DNA of 24,718 nucleotides from a virus. Lineage: Duplodnaviria; Caudoviricetes. The stretch lies in the IMG/VR virus record IMGVR_UViG_3300044639_000670, positions 1 to 24,718 of that record; one strand, written 5' to 3'. The notes beneath the pieces are model-generated. The model had not been told where the DNA came from. It worked only from the letters and a program-made list of their open reading frames with translations, and searched no databases. Position 1 is the stretch's first letter, and every line of letters begins with the position of its first letter. Below are positions 16,625-24,655 of this stretch, one piece after another. The position numbers were made by a program, and so were the translations under genes.

Positions 16625-17650
16625 TTACTGACCGGCAGCCATTCGCACCACGTCTGCCAGGCTTTGCGGCGCGGCTCGGGCGGAACTGACTGATTGCGAA
16701 CTCGATGGTGTCTGGATCGCCATCCGCTTTGGCATCGCGGCCTTGAGGGTCTCCGTCGCACTGCGGTAGGCGGCCTCGGCGTATGCCAGGGCCTCCTGCG
16801 GGCTTTGCGCGGGTCGCTCAAGTTGCGACAAGCGGATCTTGTCGAACACAATCGACTTCTTGGCGGCGTAGTCGGGATCGCGTGTCGCAATCTGCTGCTC
16901 CCACTGCTCCACGCTGCTGACGATGCTCTGCTCGGTCTGCCGCTCCCTCATGGCCGCCTGCTGTTGCAGCGCCTCTTGGTTGCGGTTCTCTTGCAGGGCG
17001 ACCTGGGCTTTGTAGCGGCTCAATTCCTTGGCCGCCGTCTCGCTCATTTCGCCTTCGTCAACCATCTGGCTCACTTCGGGAGACAAGGTGGTCCCTGTCT
17101 TTTGCAGTAAGTCCTGGACGATTGGCGCGATCATCTCCAACGCTTTGACCGGATCGTTCCTGAGTGCCGACATAATCACAAACCCTTGGTCAACCTCGTC
17201 TGCGGACAGACGGTTCTCGGCCATGTAGTCTGAAATCGCCCGGAACTGCGTGGCGTCCTCCTTGTAGGAGTTCTTCTCGCGAACGATCTGCTGAAAGCGC
17301 GGGTGCTTGTGGAACGGGAGCTGTTCGTCGTTCTTGTCCTCCTGCCCTTCCTGTCCGTCCTTCTCGCCACTCGGCGTAGGTGCTTCGGGATCGTGGGCCG
17401 GATTCTCCTCGGACGAGGTTTCCGTTTCCGCTGCCTGTTCTTCCGTGGTCGGCGGTGCCACATTGCCCGTCTTAGCCGCCACATCCCTCACGAGATCAAG
17501 CAACGTCAACGGCTTTTCGCCTTGGGGGTCGGTCGTGGACGGTGCGACCTCGGTGGCGTCCTGGGGGTGATCCTCAGTGCTTGGCACCTCGGATTCAATG
17601 ATGTCTGTCTGGTGGTCGGATGACGAATCCGACGCGGTGGGTGGCGTCAT
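16625..17650 (-). CDS. Capsid scaffolding protein (start reassigned to MTPPT at 17650)
   Basis: Acidic disordered N-terminus, 'LPFHKHPRFQ' motif, coiled coils; lies between portal and capsid. The ORF-track start at 17692 is a non-ATG codon in the promoter region. Confidence 0.75.
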   Translation of the reverse strand: MTPPTASDSSSDHQTDIIESEVPSTEDHPQDATEVAPSTTDPQGEKPLTLLDLVRDVAAKTGNVAPPTTEEQAAETETSSEENPAHDPEAPTPSGEKDGQEGQEDKNDEQLPFHKHPRFQQIVREKNSYKEDATQFRAISDYMAENRLSADEVDQGFVIMSALRNDPVKALEMIAPIVQDLLQKTGTTLSPEVSQMVDEGEMSETAAKELSRYKAQVALQENRNQEALQQQAAMRERQTEQSIVSSVEQWEQQIATRDPDYAAKKSIVFDKIRLSQLERPAQSPQEALAYAEAAYRSATETLKAAMPKRMAIQTPSSSQSVSSARAAPQSLADVVRMAAGQ

Positions 17651-17657
17651 GCCCGTG

Positions 17658-17686
17658 AATGTCTGTCTGTCTGTGGGGCGCGTCAA
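17658..17686 (-). promoter_or_regulatory. Putative sigma70-type promoter for scaffold/capsid, with a CAGA repeat in the spacer
   Basis: TTGACG-N17-GACATT; only 7 nt separate the -10 box from the ATG, so the mRNA may be leaderless. Confidence 0.55.
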
Positions 17687-17717
17687 CCCCAAACGTCACA
17701 AACGTGCAGACTAAAAA

Positions 17718-19868
17718 TCACCCACCCATCATCCCGGTCGGGCCGGGTGACTGCGGGGTGGTCGGACCGGACGGGGATTTACCCTCGCCCGGTGGCTTTT
17801 CCTCGTTGTCCGCGCCATTCCCGCCTTGCTCTTCCGGGGTGCCGCCGGTGGCTTGCGCCACCTTGGCCATCGCGTTCTGCGTGATGATGCTTGGAAGGCC
17901 GGCGGCAATCGCGTCGGTCGGGTCCAGCCGGTCGTCCAGCCGCATGATGAGCTGCTTGACCAGCCAGTCCGGCTTGACGCCTGGCATCTGGAGGAGGAGC
18001 GGGGCGAGCCGCTCGATATTGGCGATCTCGGTGGCGCGGTTCGGGCGGCCGCTTGATCCGGCTTCCACTTCGAGGAGCAGTTCGTCCGCCACATCCTGCG
18101 GCGAGAGCGACGGCCAGACCGCGCCGGGACCAGCGATCTTCATCACCGTTTCCTGCGACATTTCGAGGAAGAACACCTGCCCGGCGGCGCGGGAAAGCTC
18201 GTTGAGCATGTCGTCGAGGTCATCGACGTTGGAGGCGATGGCCACGGTCCGGTTCTGCTCGGCGATGCTGTCGCCGGTGGCGGTCACGCCGCTTTGCGCC
18301 GAGCCAATGCTGGCGTCCGACTGCCCGACCACCCGCAGCAAATCCTCATACACCGGCGAGGTGTCGTAGAGCGCGGAGTCAATAGCGGGCATCCGAATCG
18401 GCTGGATCAGCTTCGACACGTCGCCGTTGGGCGGCAGCGCGTTGAGCGTGATGACCGCGTTGGCCGGGTGGTTGCGGAGCTTCTCGATGTCCTCCTCGTC
18501 GAGTTGGCCGGCGGCGACCGCTGTCTTCGGGCGGTTGGCGATCCGGTGCTGGCGCAACCCCTCGCGGCAGCGGTTGTATTCCTTCTGGAGCGGCTTGAGG
18601 AGATGCACGTCGCTGCGCGGGTAGATGCTGTCCTCGTTCTCGGTCTCGTTGAAAATCAGCGGGAACACCGGCCAAAACCGCTCGATGAACACGTCCGGCT
18701 GCTTCGGTTCGACCAGGAAGTCGGCGTAGCCTTCACAGACCGTGCAGGTCTGTCCGGTCGTCTTGTCCCAAATCACCCACACGCACTTGCCGTCCTTCGA
18801 CTTGGCCGGGGCAGCACCGTCATCAGTCACCGCCGCCGCGATCCGCTCTTTCAAGCCGGGAATGCCGCTCTTGGAATCGAGGTCATAGCTCGTCGCGCTG
18901 CCCGCCGTGGACAGGTCGATGGCGTAAATCTCTTTGATCTCATCCACGGGGAGGATGTATTCCTCCGCGATCCACCGCGCTCCGGTGAAGGTCCGCAGGT
19001 GGCGGCACGCCGGGTCCACAATGACGCTGGTGGCCGGCGGGAAGTCAAAGCACAAGCCCTCGCGGGAGACTTGCTGCTCGCGCTGCTGGTAGTCGGCGAG
19101 CAGCAACCGCAGTTGCTCCACCTCCGCCCGGCCCTCATCGAGCTTGTCGTCCGCCACGTCGGCGAGAATCCGCTCCATCACCGAGATTTGCTCGGTCAGG
19201 CCGTTGATCCGCTCCACGTCGTCGGGGCTGCGCTCCAGCAGGCGGTTGAACCCGAGCTTGACGTAGCCGACGCCGGTCGTGCAGACACGGCGGACGAGCT
19301 GCTTCATCTGCACCTTGAACGGCGGGATCTGCTGGTTGAGCGTGTAATCGTAAATGATTTCCAGCGTTTTCGAGACCTTTTCGAGCATCGAGCGCCGCTG
19401 CACGCCCTGGGCGATGTCCTGGATCAAACCCATCATCTCCGGCGGCATACCCATCCCGGTCTGCTGCGCCATCTGCATGGCCATCTGGATGTTTTGCAGG
19501 GCGTCGGTCGTGCCGTCCCATTGCGTGAAATCCATCGTCCGGCGCTTCCGCACCACCACCTTGGGGTTCTTCGCGTAGAGCGCGGCGACCCGCTGGTTGA
19601 TGTGCCGCTGGATGATGTTGGCGGTGTATTTGTCCGGGTCTTCCCGGCCGTCCCACTGCGCCCCGCCGAGGAACGCCTGGTCCTCCTTCATCCGCTTGAA
19701 ATCCTTCTCCCAATGCTTCTTCGCGTTGGCCACCTTCCCCTGCCAGTGCTTGACCAGCGCGGCCCGCGACGGGTCCGGCGTCGGCGTCTCACGGGTCATC
19801 CCGCTCTTCACCGGCTCTGCTGAGGTTGCTTCGGCTTCGAGTGGCTCGGTTGTCGGTGGGTAGGTCAT
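17718..19868 (-). CDS. Portal protein
   Basis: 716 aa between terminase and scaffold; 'NIIQRHINQRVAALYAKNP', 'GVGYVKLG', 'VIVDP', 'LLKPLQKEYNR', 'TAT', 'VEAGSS.RPN', Gly/Pro-rich tail. Confidence 0.88.
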   Translation of the reverse strand: MTYPPTTEPLEAEATSAEPVKSGMTRETPTPDPSRAALVKHWQGKVANAKKHWEKDFKRMKEDQAFLGGAQWDGREDPDKYTANIIQRHINQRVAALYAKNPKVVVRKRRTMDFTQWDGTTDALQNIQMAMQMAQQTGMGMPPEMMGLIQDIAQGVQRRSMLEKVSKTLEIIYDYTLNQQIPPFKVQMKQLVRRVCTTGVGYVKLGFNRLLERSPDDVERINGLTEQISVMERILADVADDKLDEGRAEVEQLRLLLADYQQREQQVSREGLCFDFPPATSVIVDPACRHLRTFTGARWIAEEYILPVDEIKEIYAIDLSTAGSATSYDLDSKSGIPGLKERIAAAVTDDGAAPAKSKDGKCVWVIWDKTTGQTCTVCEGYADFLVEPKQPDVFIERFWPVFPLIFNETENEDSIYPRSDVHLLKPLQKEYNRCREGLRQHRIANRPKTAVAAGQLDEEDIEKLRNHPANAVITLNALPPNGDVSKLIQPIRMPAIDSALYDTSPVYEDLLRVVGQSDASIGSAQSGVTATGDSIAEQNRTVAIASNVDDLDDMLNELSRAAGQVFFLEMSQETVMKIAGPGAVWPSLSPQDVADELLLEVEAGSSGRPNRATEIANIERLAPLLLQMPGVKPDWLVKQLIMRLDDRLDPTDAIAAGLPSIITQNAMAKVAQATGGTPEEQGGNGADNEEKPPGEGKSPSGPTTPQSPGPTGMMGG

Positions 19869-20677
19869 GGTGAAAGTCTATTGGTTGGGAAAAATTGCTG
19901 TTGGAACTGATTGGCGGCGGAAAGAACGGCCGTGGGTTGGGGACTGATCGATCCGTCCTCGTTGATTCTTCCGTGATTTGCCTTTGCCCACGCGTTGTGT
20001 TCTTGCGGGGTCTTGTCCTGATGGTAGTTCTGGAGTCCGTTCCTCTTGGCGACGGCAATCGCTTCCTTGGAGGTTAGTTGCCTGCCATCAACCATTGTAG
20101 GGATGGCATACACCGGCCCGGCGTTCGATTCAGAGTGACCCATGATGACCACGTTGGAGTGACTCCCGTCCACGTTTTTCACCGTCGGGTGACGGGTCGG
20201 GAAAACCTGCTGTCTCTGGGACATGAGCATCGGTCCTGGCAGATCGCCGACCATTGCCCGCGAAACGATAGATTGCTTGAACGCAAGATCATCGTGAGAG
20301 TAAGGGTCGGTTGGCTTGTAGGATTCCGCTCGATACGCCTGCATCTCAGGCGTGATTTGAAACGATGGGTTATAATTCGTCTCGCCCATCTTGTGCCTAA
20401 TCGCCTCGATCCTTTGCAGTCCTCTACGATTCTCCGGCAAATACATCATCGGGTTGTTGTGATTCACGACGATTGTTCGTGGATCGCTGGGGCGTGATCC
20501 GTTCTCTCCGCCTCCCATCGCCATTCCTGATACATGAGGGTTTTTCGCCATGTATTCGCTGACTCCAGCTTGTCGCGGGGTCTCGACTGGGTAGCCGTCT
20601 GCAAACTCACGGGGATACTGCGGACTCGGGGCGTCCTGCGGCATCGTCATCGCTTGTCTAAATTGTGGGCTGCACAT
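19865..20677 (-). CDS. Hypothetical two-domain protein starting Met-Cys, between terminase and portal (possible virion protein)
   Basis: ATGA overlap with the portal start; own putative promoter; lower GC than its neighbours by eye. Confidence 0.7.
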   Translation of the reverse strand: MCSPQFRQAMTMPQDAPSPQYPREFADGYPVETPRQAGVSEYMAKNPHVSGMAMGGGENGSRPSDPRTIVVNHNNPMMYLPENRRGLQRIEAIRHKMGETNYNPSFQITPEMQAYRAESYKPTDPYSHDDLAFKQSIVSRAMVGDLPGPMLMSQRQQVFPTRHPTVKNVDGSHSNVVIMGHSESNAGPVYAIPTMVDGRQLTSKEAIAVAKRNGLQNYHQDKTPQEHNAWAKANHGRINEDGSISPQPTAVLSAANQFQQQFFPTNRLSP

Positions 20678-20692
20678 GGCTTCTGGTGGAAA

Positions 20693-20721
20693 ATCTTGTC
20701 TGTCTGTCTGGTGAATGGCAA
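20693..20721 (-). promoter_or_regulatory. Putative sigma70-type promoter upstream of the 270-aa gene and portal, with a CAGA repeat in the spacer
   Basis: TTGCCA-N17-CAAGAT directly after the terminase stop; shares the 14-mer CAGACAGACAGACA with the scaffold promoter. Confidence 0.5.
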
Positions 20722-20723
20722 TC

Positions 20724-22313
20724 TCAGAATCCCGCCGCCGCCTTGACGTTGGCGACCTGGCGGGCTTGCGCCTTCGAGCGGGCTTTTACCCAGCCGATGC
20801 TGCCAGTCGGGGCGGTGGCTTTCTTGCGGCTCGGTGCGGTGGCCGCACTCATCCGCCCCAGCCCCATCCCGATGTAGGCGATGGTGTCCACGAAGTCGTC
20901 GTGCTTGCCAGCAGGAAACGAGAGCATCTGCGCCCGTGCTGCCTCCCACCACGGCGCGAAGCCGGGGAACCGCACCTTGCCCATGCTCATCCGCCCACGG
21001 ATCGACTGCGCCCGCGTCTGCTTGTCTTTCACCGGCACCACCTCGTCGATGGCGCAATAGACGCTCTCCTCCTGCATCCGCTTCCGTAGGAACGGCGCGA
21101 TGGACTTGGAGATGTGGCCGCGCTCTGCCCACCAGATCAACGGCTTGTGGCGGGCCATCATGTCGAGCATGGCGTCCACCACGTCATCGGTCTGCGCCCT
21201 GCGCCACCAGACATCCGGCAGAACCCATATCGTCCCTTGGTCGTCCACGCCCACCGGCAGGAGCACGGTGGGGTCGCGGTCCTGCGCCACCGAGACGGCG
21301 TGGTCGCTCGCGCAGTAGTAGCGGAGGTTGCGCGGCAACTCGTTGGGTTGGTAGGTGGTCATCCACTCGCGCTTGAAAAAGTCACCGTCCTCCGGGGCCG
21401 GCCGCCCTTGGTAGAGCGCGGAGAATCCCCGAGGATTCAGCCGTCGCTGGGAGTTGAGAAATTCCTTGGTGATCCGCTCAGGCCAGAGCGGTTCATCCTT
21501 GTCGCGGCCCATGATGTCGTCATCCTCGGCCAGTGCCGGGAATGAGATAATCTTCCACTGCTTCGCCTCATCCGCGTTGTAGTGCTGGTTGCCAGGGTCG
21601 GTCAGGCGTCCCACCAGGTCATCCTCGTGCCAGCGGGTCATGATGATGACCACCCGCCCCATGCCGCCCATCAGACGGGTCATCGCAACGTCGGTGAACC
21701 AACTCCACAGCTTCTCGCGCATCGTCGAGCTGTCGGCGTCCTCGCGGTCCTTCACCGGGTCATCGATGAGAAGCACGTCCGCGCCACGGCCGGTGAGCGC
21801 GCCGCCTGCACCAACGAACACTCCCAGCCCGCCCTGCTCGGTCTGCACCCGGTCTGAGGCCGCGCCGCCCTTGCGGAGTGAACACGACGGGAACACCTGC
21901 TGGTAGGCCGGTGTCTGCATGTAGGCCCGCACCTCGCGGCCGAAATCCTCCGCCATCGTCGCCGAGTAAGACGCCACGATCATCTGCCGGTAGGGGTCGC
22001 GGCCCATGAACCAGGCAGGGAACGCCTTGGAGGCGATCTGCGACTTCCCGTGCCGGGGTGGCAGGGTAATGATGAGTCGGGGCATGTTCCCCTTGTCCAC
22101 TTCTTCCAGTGCCGCCGCAAGAACCTGGTGGTGCTTGGCGACGATGTAGCGGGAAAGTTGCACGTCGTCCGGGTCGGTCGGGTCGGGCATCATCAAGCGC
22201 ACGAACTCGATCAGCGAGTCGTGCGCCTTCTTCGCTGCAAGTAGCCGATGGGTCGCCTTGAGCTGCAATTCTGCCTGCTCCAGCGGTGTCAGTTCCTTGC
22301 GCTTGGCTGGCAT
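20724..22313 (-). CDS. terL: Terminase large subunit
   Basis: Walker A 'PPRHGKS', 'GALTGRGADVLLIDDPVKD' (Walker B), 'IMTRWHEDDL.G', 'ALYQGRP', nuclease motifs 'ASDHA' and 'FPAGKHDDFVD'. Confidence 0.95.
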   Translation of the reverse strand: MPAKRKELTPLEQAELQLKATHRLLAAKKAHDSLIEFVRLMMPDPTDPDDVQLSRYIVAKHHQVLAAALEEVDKGNMPRLIITLPPRHGKSQIASKAFPAWFMGRDPYRQMIVASYSATMAEDFGREVRAYMQTPAYQQVFPSCSLRKGGAASDRVQTEQGGLGVFVGAGGALTGRGADVLLIDDPVKDREDADSSTMREKLWSWFTDVAMTRLMGGMGRVVIIMTRWHEDDLVGRLTDPGNQHYNADEAKQWKIISFPALAEDDDIMGRDKDEPLWPERITKEFLNSQRRLNPRGFSALYQGRPAPEDGDFFKREWMTTYQPNELPRNLRYYCASDHAVSVAQDRDPTVLLPVGVDDQGTIWVLPDVWWRRAQTDDVVDAMLDMMARHKPLIWWAERGHISKSIAPFLRKRMQEESVYCAIDEVVPVKDKQTRAQSIRGRMSMGKVRFPGFAPWWEAARAQMLSFPAGKHDDFVDTIAYIGMGLGRMSAATAPSRKKATAPTGSIGWVKARSKAQARQVANVKAAAGF

Positions 22314-22398
22314 GACTTACGAGTTAGCCGAAAATGCCAATACAAAAGTTTGTGAAAGTCTTCGCCATATATTTCTGTTGCTTTAGCTAGGTGCTGGT

Positions 22399-23997
22399 TC
22401 ACGGGGTAAGCTCCGTAAGAGTCAAGGTGCTAATTGTTCTAAAAGTGTAGTCGCTGCTGTCAGCATCGACATAGTCTCTATTGATATACCCGGTTCTTGT
22501 TGAATAAACTTTAGCTTGAATTTTGTATGTTACAGTAGCTTCCGTTCCGGGCGATGAATCAATAAAGTCTATGACCCCAGGAACATTGCCATAATTTCCA
22601 GCAAAACCTGTGTTTGATGTTGCTTGCACTCTTGAGCCGGAAGAGATTGCAACTCCAATTACGGTAGCACCACGCATGATTCTAATTCCAACTCCGTGAT
22701 TAGCATCGGTAGTTGTAGTATTAATAACAGCTTGAACCCGAACTTTGCCAGATGCGCTTGGAACTGCTCTTGTTAATGTTATGCTTAACCCAGTGATGTC
22801 ATTGAATGTTGATACTGTTCCTGCAATTGTCTGAACATCAGTTTTGACAGCCTGAACAATTTGAATTGGGAAATTAGATGGCAAGTTTGGAATAATAGCA
22901 CCAAGTGCAATTTTATCACTGGTTACGGCATCATCCGCTAGCTTTGCAGTAGTAACATTGAGGTCGAGGATTTTTGCGGTAGTGACATTGAGGTCGAGGA
23001 TTTTTTCGGTGGTCACAGCGGCGGTCGCCAGCTTCGCGGCGTCCACCGCGCTTGATGCCAGCTTGGAGTTCTCCACCGCGCCCGTCTGGATGTTCGCGGT
23101 CTGCACCGCAGACGCTGCCAACTTCGTGCTGTCGATGGCCGCGCCTGCAATCTTGTCGCCAGTCACCGCGAGCGCAGCAATTTTGCCCGTCGTCACGCTG
23201 AGATCCGCCAACTTCCCTGTCGTTACTCCAAGAGCGCTGATCTTGTCTGTCGTTACCGACAGATCCGCCAACTTGCCGGTCGTTACGTTCGAGTTGAGGA
23301 TCGCCGAGGTTCCCACCGAGTTGTTCGGGATCGTCACCACGTTGTTGATGAGTTCCGCAGACACGCCAATGACCACCTCGATGTTGTCAGTGCCGGAGGC
23401 CGGGGCTGTCCCGAACGTCAGCACCGCTGGCGAGGTTCCCGCGATGGAATAGGCGCTCTTCTTCTGATACACGCCAGCCACATAGACCTGGGTGTTGTTC
23501 TCATCCACCGGGTTCTTCGTCAGGCTGAACGCTGTCTGCGCTCCAGTGCCGCTGAAGGTGTTGACCACGAGGCTATCGGTCGTCGGGCGGTAGCCGAGGA
23601 TCGCCCACACGCCGGCGGAGAAGTCAGACTCGAAGCTCGCGCTGCTGGTGTGCGGCTCGCCACAAAGGTAGGGGTAGTTGTCGATGCCAGAGATCACCAA
23701 GTCTCCAGAGACGTAGTTCTGCCCAGGCGACCACTGCCCCCGGTAGTTCGAGCCGATGCTGGCGAACGCCGCCAGCACGTCCGCAGACATGGCGAGGAAC
23801 CCGACAACCCCGTTCCGCACCGCGCCATCGTCGCGCTGCAACTCCGCCAGCCGCGCCTGCGTGGCCGTCAGCGAGGCGGCGATCTCGGCGAACTCGCTGT
23901 CAAGTTGGGTGCCGGGAAGTCCCGCGCTGGTGATCGGCGTGGCCGCCAAAGTGGAGAAGTCCGCGTCCGGGACGTAAGGGGTGGGTGCTTGGCTCAT
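22399..23997 (-). CDS. Tail fibre / receptor-binding protein (532 aa)
   Basis: N-terminal anchor 'LDSEF...LQRDDG', CBM5/12-like 'GQWSPGQNYVSGDLV...YLC..PHTS', 'FSGTGAQTAFSL...VYVAGVYQ...LTFGTAPASG' domain, decapeptide-repeat shaft, beta-rich tip ending 'STLTLTEL'. Confidence 0.82.
   Translation of the reverse strand: MSQAPTPYVPDADFSTLAATPITSAGLPGTQLDSEFAEIAASLTATQARLAELQRDDGAVRNGVVGFLAMSADVLAAFASIGSNYRGQWSPGQNYVSGDLVISGIDNYPYLCGEPHTSSASFESDFSAGVWAILGYRPTTDSLVVNTFSGTGAQTAFSLTKNPVDENNTQVYVAGVYQKKSAYSIAGTSPAVLTFGTAPASGTDNIEVVIGVSAELINNVVTIPNNSVGTSAILNSNVTTGKLADLSVTTDKISALGVTTGKLADLSVTTGKIAALAVTGDKIAGAAIDSTKLAASAVQTANIQTGAVENSKLASSAVDAAKLATAAVTTEKILDLNVTTAKILDLNVTTAKLADDAVTSDKIALGAIIPNLPSNFPIQIVQAVKTDVQTIAGTVSTFNDITGLSITLTRAVPSASGKVRVQAVINTTTTDANHGVGIRIMRGATVIGVAISSGSRVQATSNTGFAGNYGNVPGVIDFIDSSPGTEATVTYKIQAKVYSTRTGYINRDYVDADSSDYTFRTISTLTLTELTP
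22912..23331 (-). repeat. 14 tandem decapeptide (30-bp) repeats of the fibre shaft, consensus (I/L)AxxxVTTxK
   Basis: IPNNSVGTSA through LADDAVTSDK; 22951-22980 and 22981-23010 are 28/30 identical in DNA. Confidence 0.92.
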
Positions 23998-24021
23998 GAT
24001 TTAGATCGGTGAAAGGGGGTC

Positions 24022-24132
24022 TCAGTATTTGAAAATGACGCTTAGAATGATTGCGGCAAAAAGGACGATGACCACCAGACCCGGCCACCAGGGTGGCGAG
24101 GTCAATGGGTCCATGTCGTAGTTGCTGCTCAT
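24022..24132 (-). CDS. 36-aa single-transmembrane peptide (not in the ORF track)
   Basis: MSSNYDMDPLTSPPWWPGLVVIVLFAAIILSVIFKY*; ATGA overlap with the upstream lipoprotein gene. Confidence 0.65.
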   Translation of the reverse strand: MSSNYDMDPLTSPPWWPGLVVIVLFAAIILSVIFKY

Positions 24133-24266
24133 TTCTCAGAGATGATGATGACGGCCCTGGCGGCCTCCTCGCCGTTGAGAGACCATGTGCGCGCTCCATC
24201 CGGGGCGACGGTCAGCGAGCAGCCGGTCAGGCAGGCGATGGCGGCGAGCAGGAGGAGGGTTTTCAT
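24129..24266 (-). CDS. 45-aa lipoprotein, possible spanin-like lysis protein (not in the ORF track)
   Basis: MKTLLLLAAIACLTG-CSLTVAPDGARTWSLNGEEAARAVIIISEK*; type II signal peptide with LTGC lipobox; ATGA overlaps at both ends. Confidence 0.78.
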   Translation of the reverse strand: MKTLLLLAAIACLTGCSLTVAPDGARTWSLNGEEAARAVIIISEK

Positions 24267-24463
24267 GGCTTCTCGATTTGATTGGGCGTCTGGTCGATGT
24301 AAGAGCGGGCGGTGACTAGGCCAGTCATCATGACGGAGAGTGCGAAGCTCACGGCCTCTCGCCAGTCTCCGAAGTTGACGGTGGCAAGACCGGCGCTGGC
24401 GGCGGTGCCGCTGGCAATGAGGATGTAGAGCGTGAGGCGGGCGAGGGATTGTTTCGGGGTCAT
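24263..24463 (-). CDS. 66-aa two-TM holin-like protein
   Basis: Two hydrophobic segments, basic N-terminus, polar C-tail; ATGA overlaps at both ends. Confidence 0.7.
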   Translation of the reverse strand: MTPKQSLARLTLYILIASGTAASAGLATVNFGDWREAVSFALSVMMTGLVTARSYIDQTPNQIEKP

Positions 24464-24636
24464 TTGGAGTGGGAGTGGATGAGTCGATAAAGCGAGATCA
24501 GACCGACCACTAGACCGACGACGCCACCGGTGATGCGGATGGACCAGTCGAACTGTTCCTGGAAGGTCGAGAGCACGCCGAGGAATGATCCGGCCATGCC
24601 GAAGACTGCGTTGGTGAGGGTCTGGTAGGTGGTCAT
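24460..24636 (-). CDS. 58-aa two-TM holin/antiholin-like protein (not in the ORF track)
   Basis: MTTYQTLTNAVFGMAGSFLGVLSTFQEQFDWSIRITGGVVGLVVGLISLYRLIHSHSK*; ATGA overlap with the next gene. Confidence 0.7.
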   Translation of the reverse strand: MTTYQTLTNAVFGMAGSFLGVLSTFQEQFDWSIRITGGVVGLVVGLISLYRLIHSHSK

Positions 24637-24655
24637 GGGAGGGTGTTACTCCGGA

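Noticed and set aside
18294-19823. 509-aa plus-strand ORF, and similar ones at 5265-6470, 12613-13629 and 14167-15255
   Set aside because: All lie antisense to well-supported structural genes and have shadow-ORF composition.
22399-22950. Fibre tip as a diversity-generating retroelement target or invertible segment
   Set aside because: No reverse transcriptase, template repeat, invertase or inverted repeats in the window; cannot be excluded outside it.
23900-24281. ORF-track calls 23900-24199 (-) and 24093-24281 (+)
   Set aside because: Better explained by the ATGA-coupled 45-aa and 36-aa genes in other frames.
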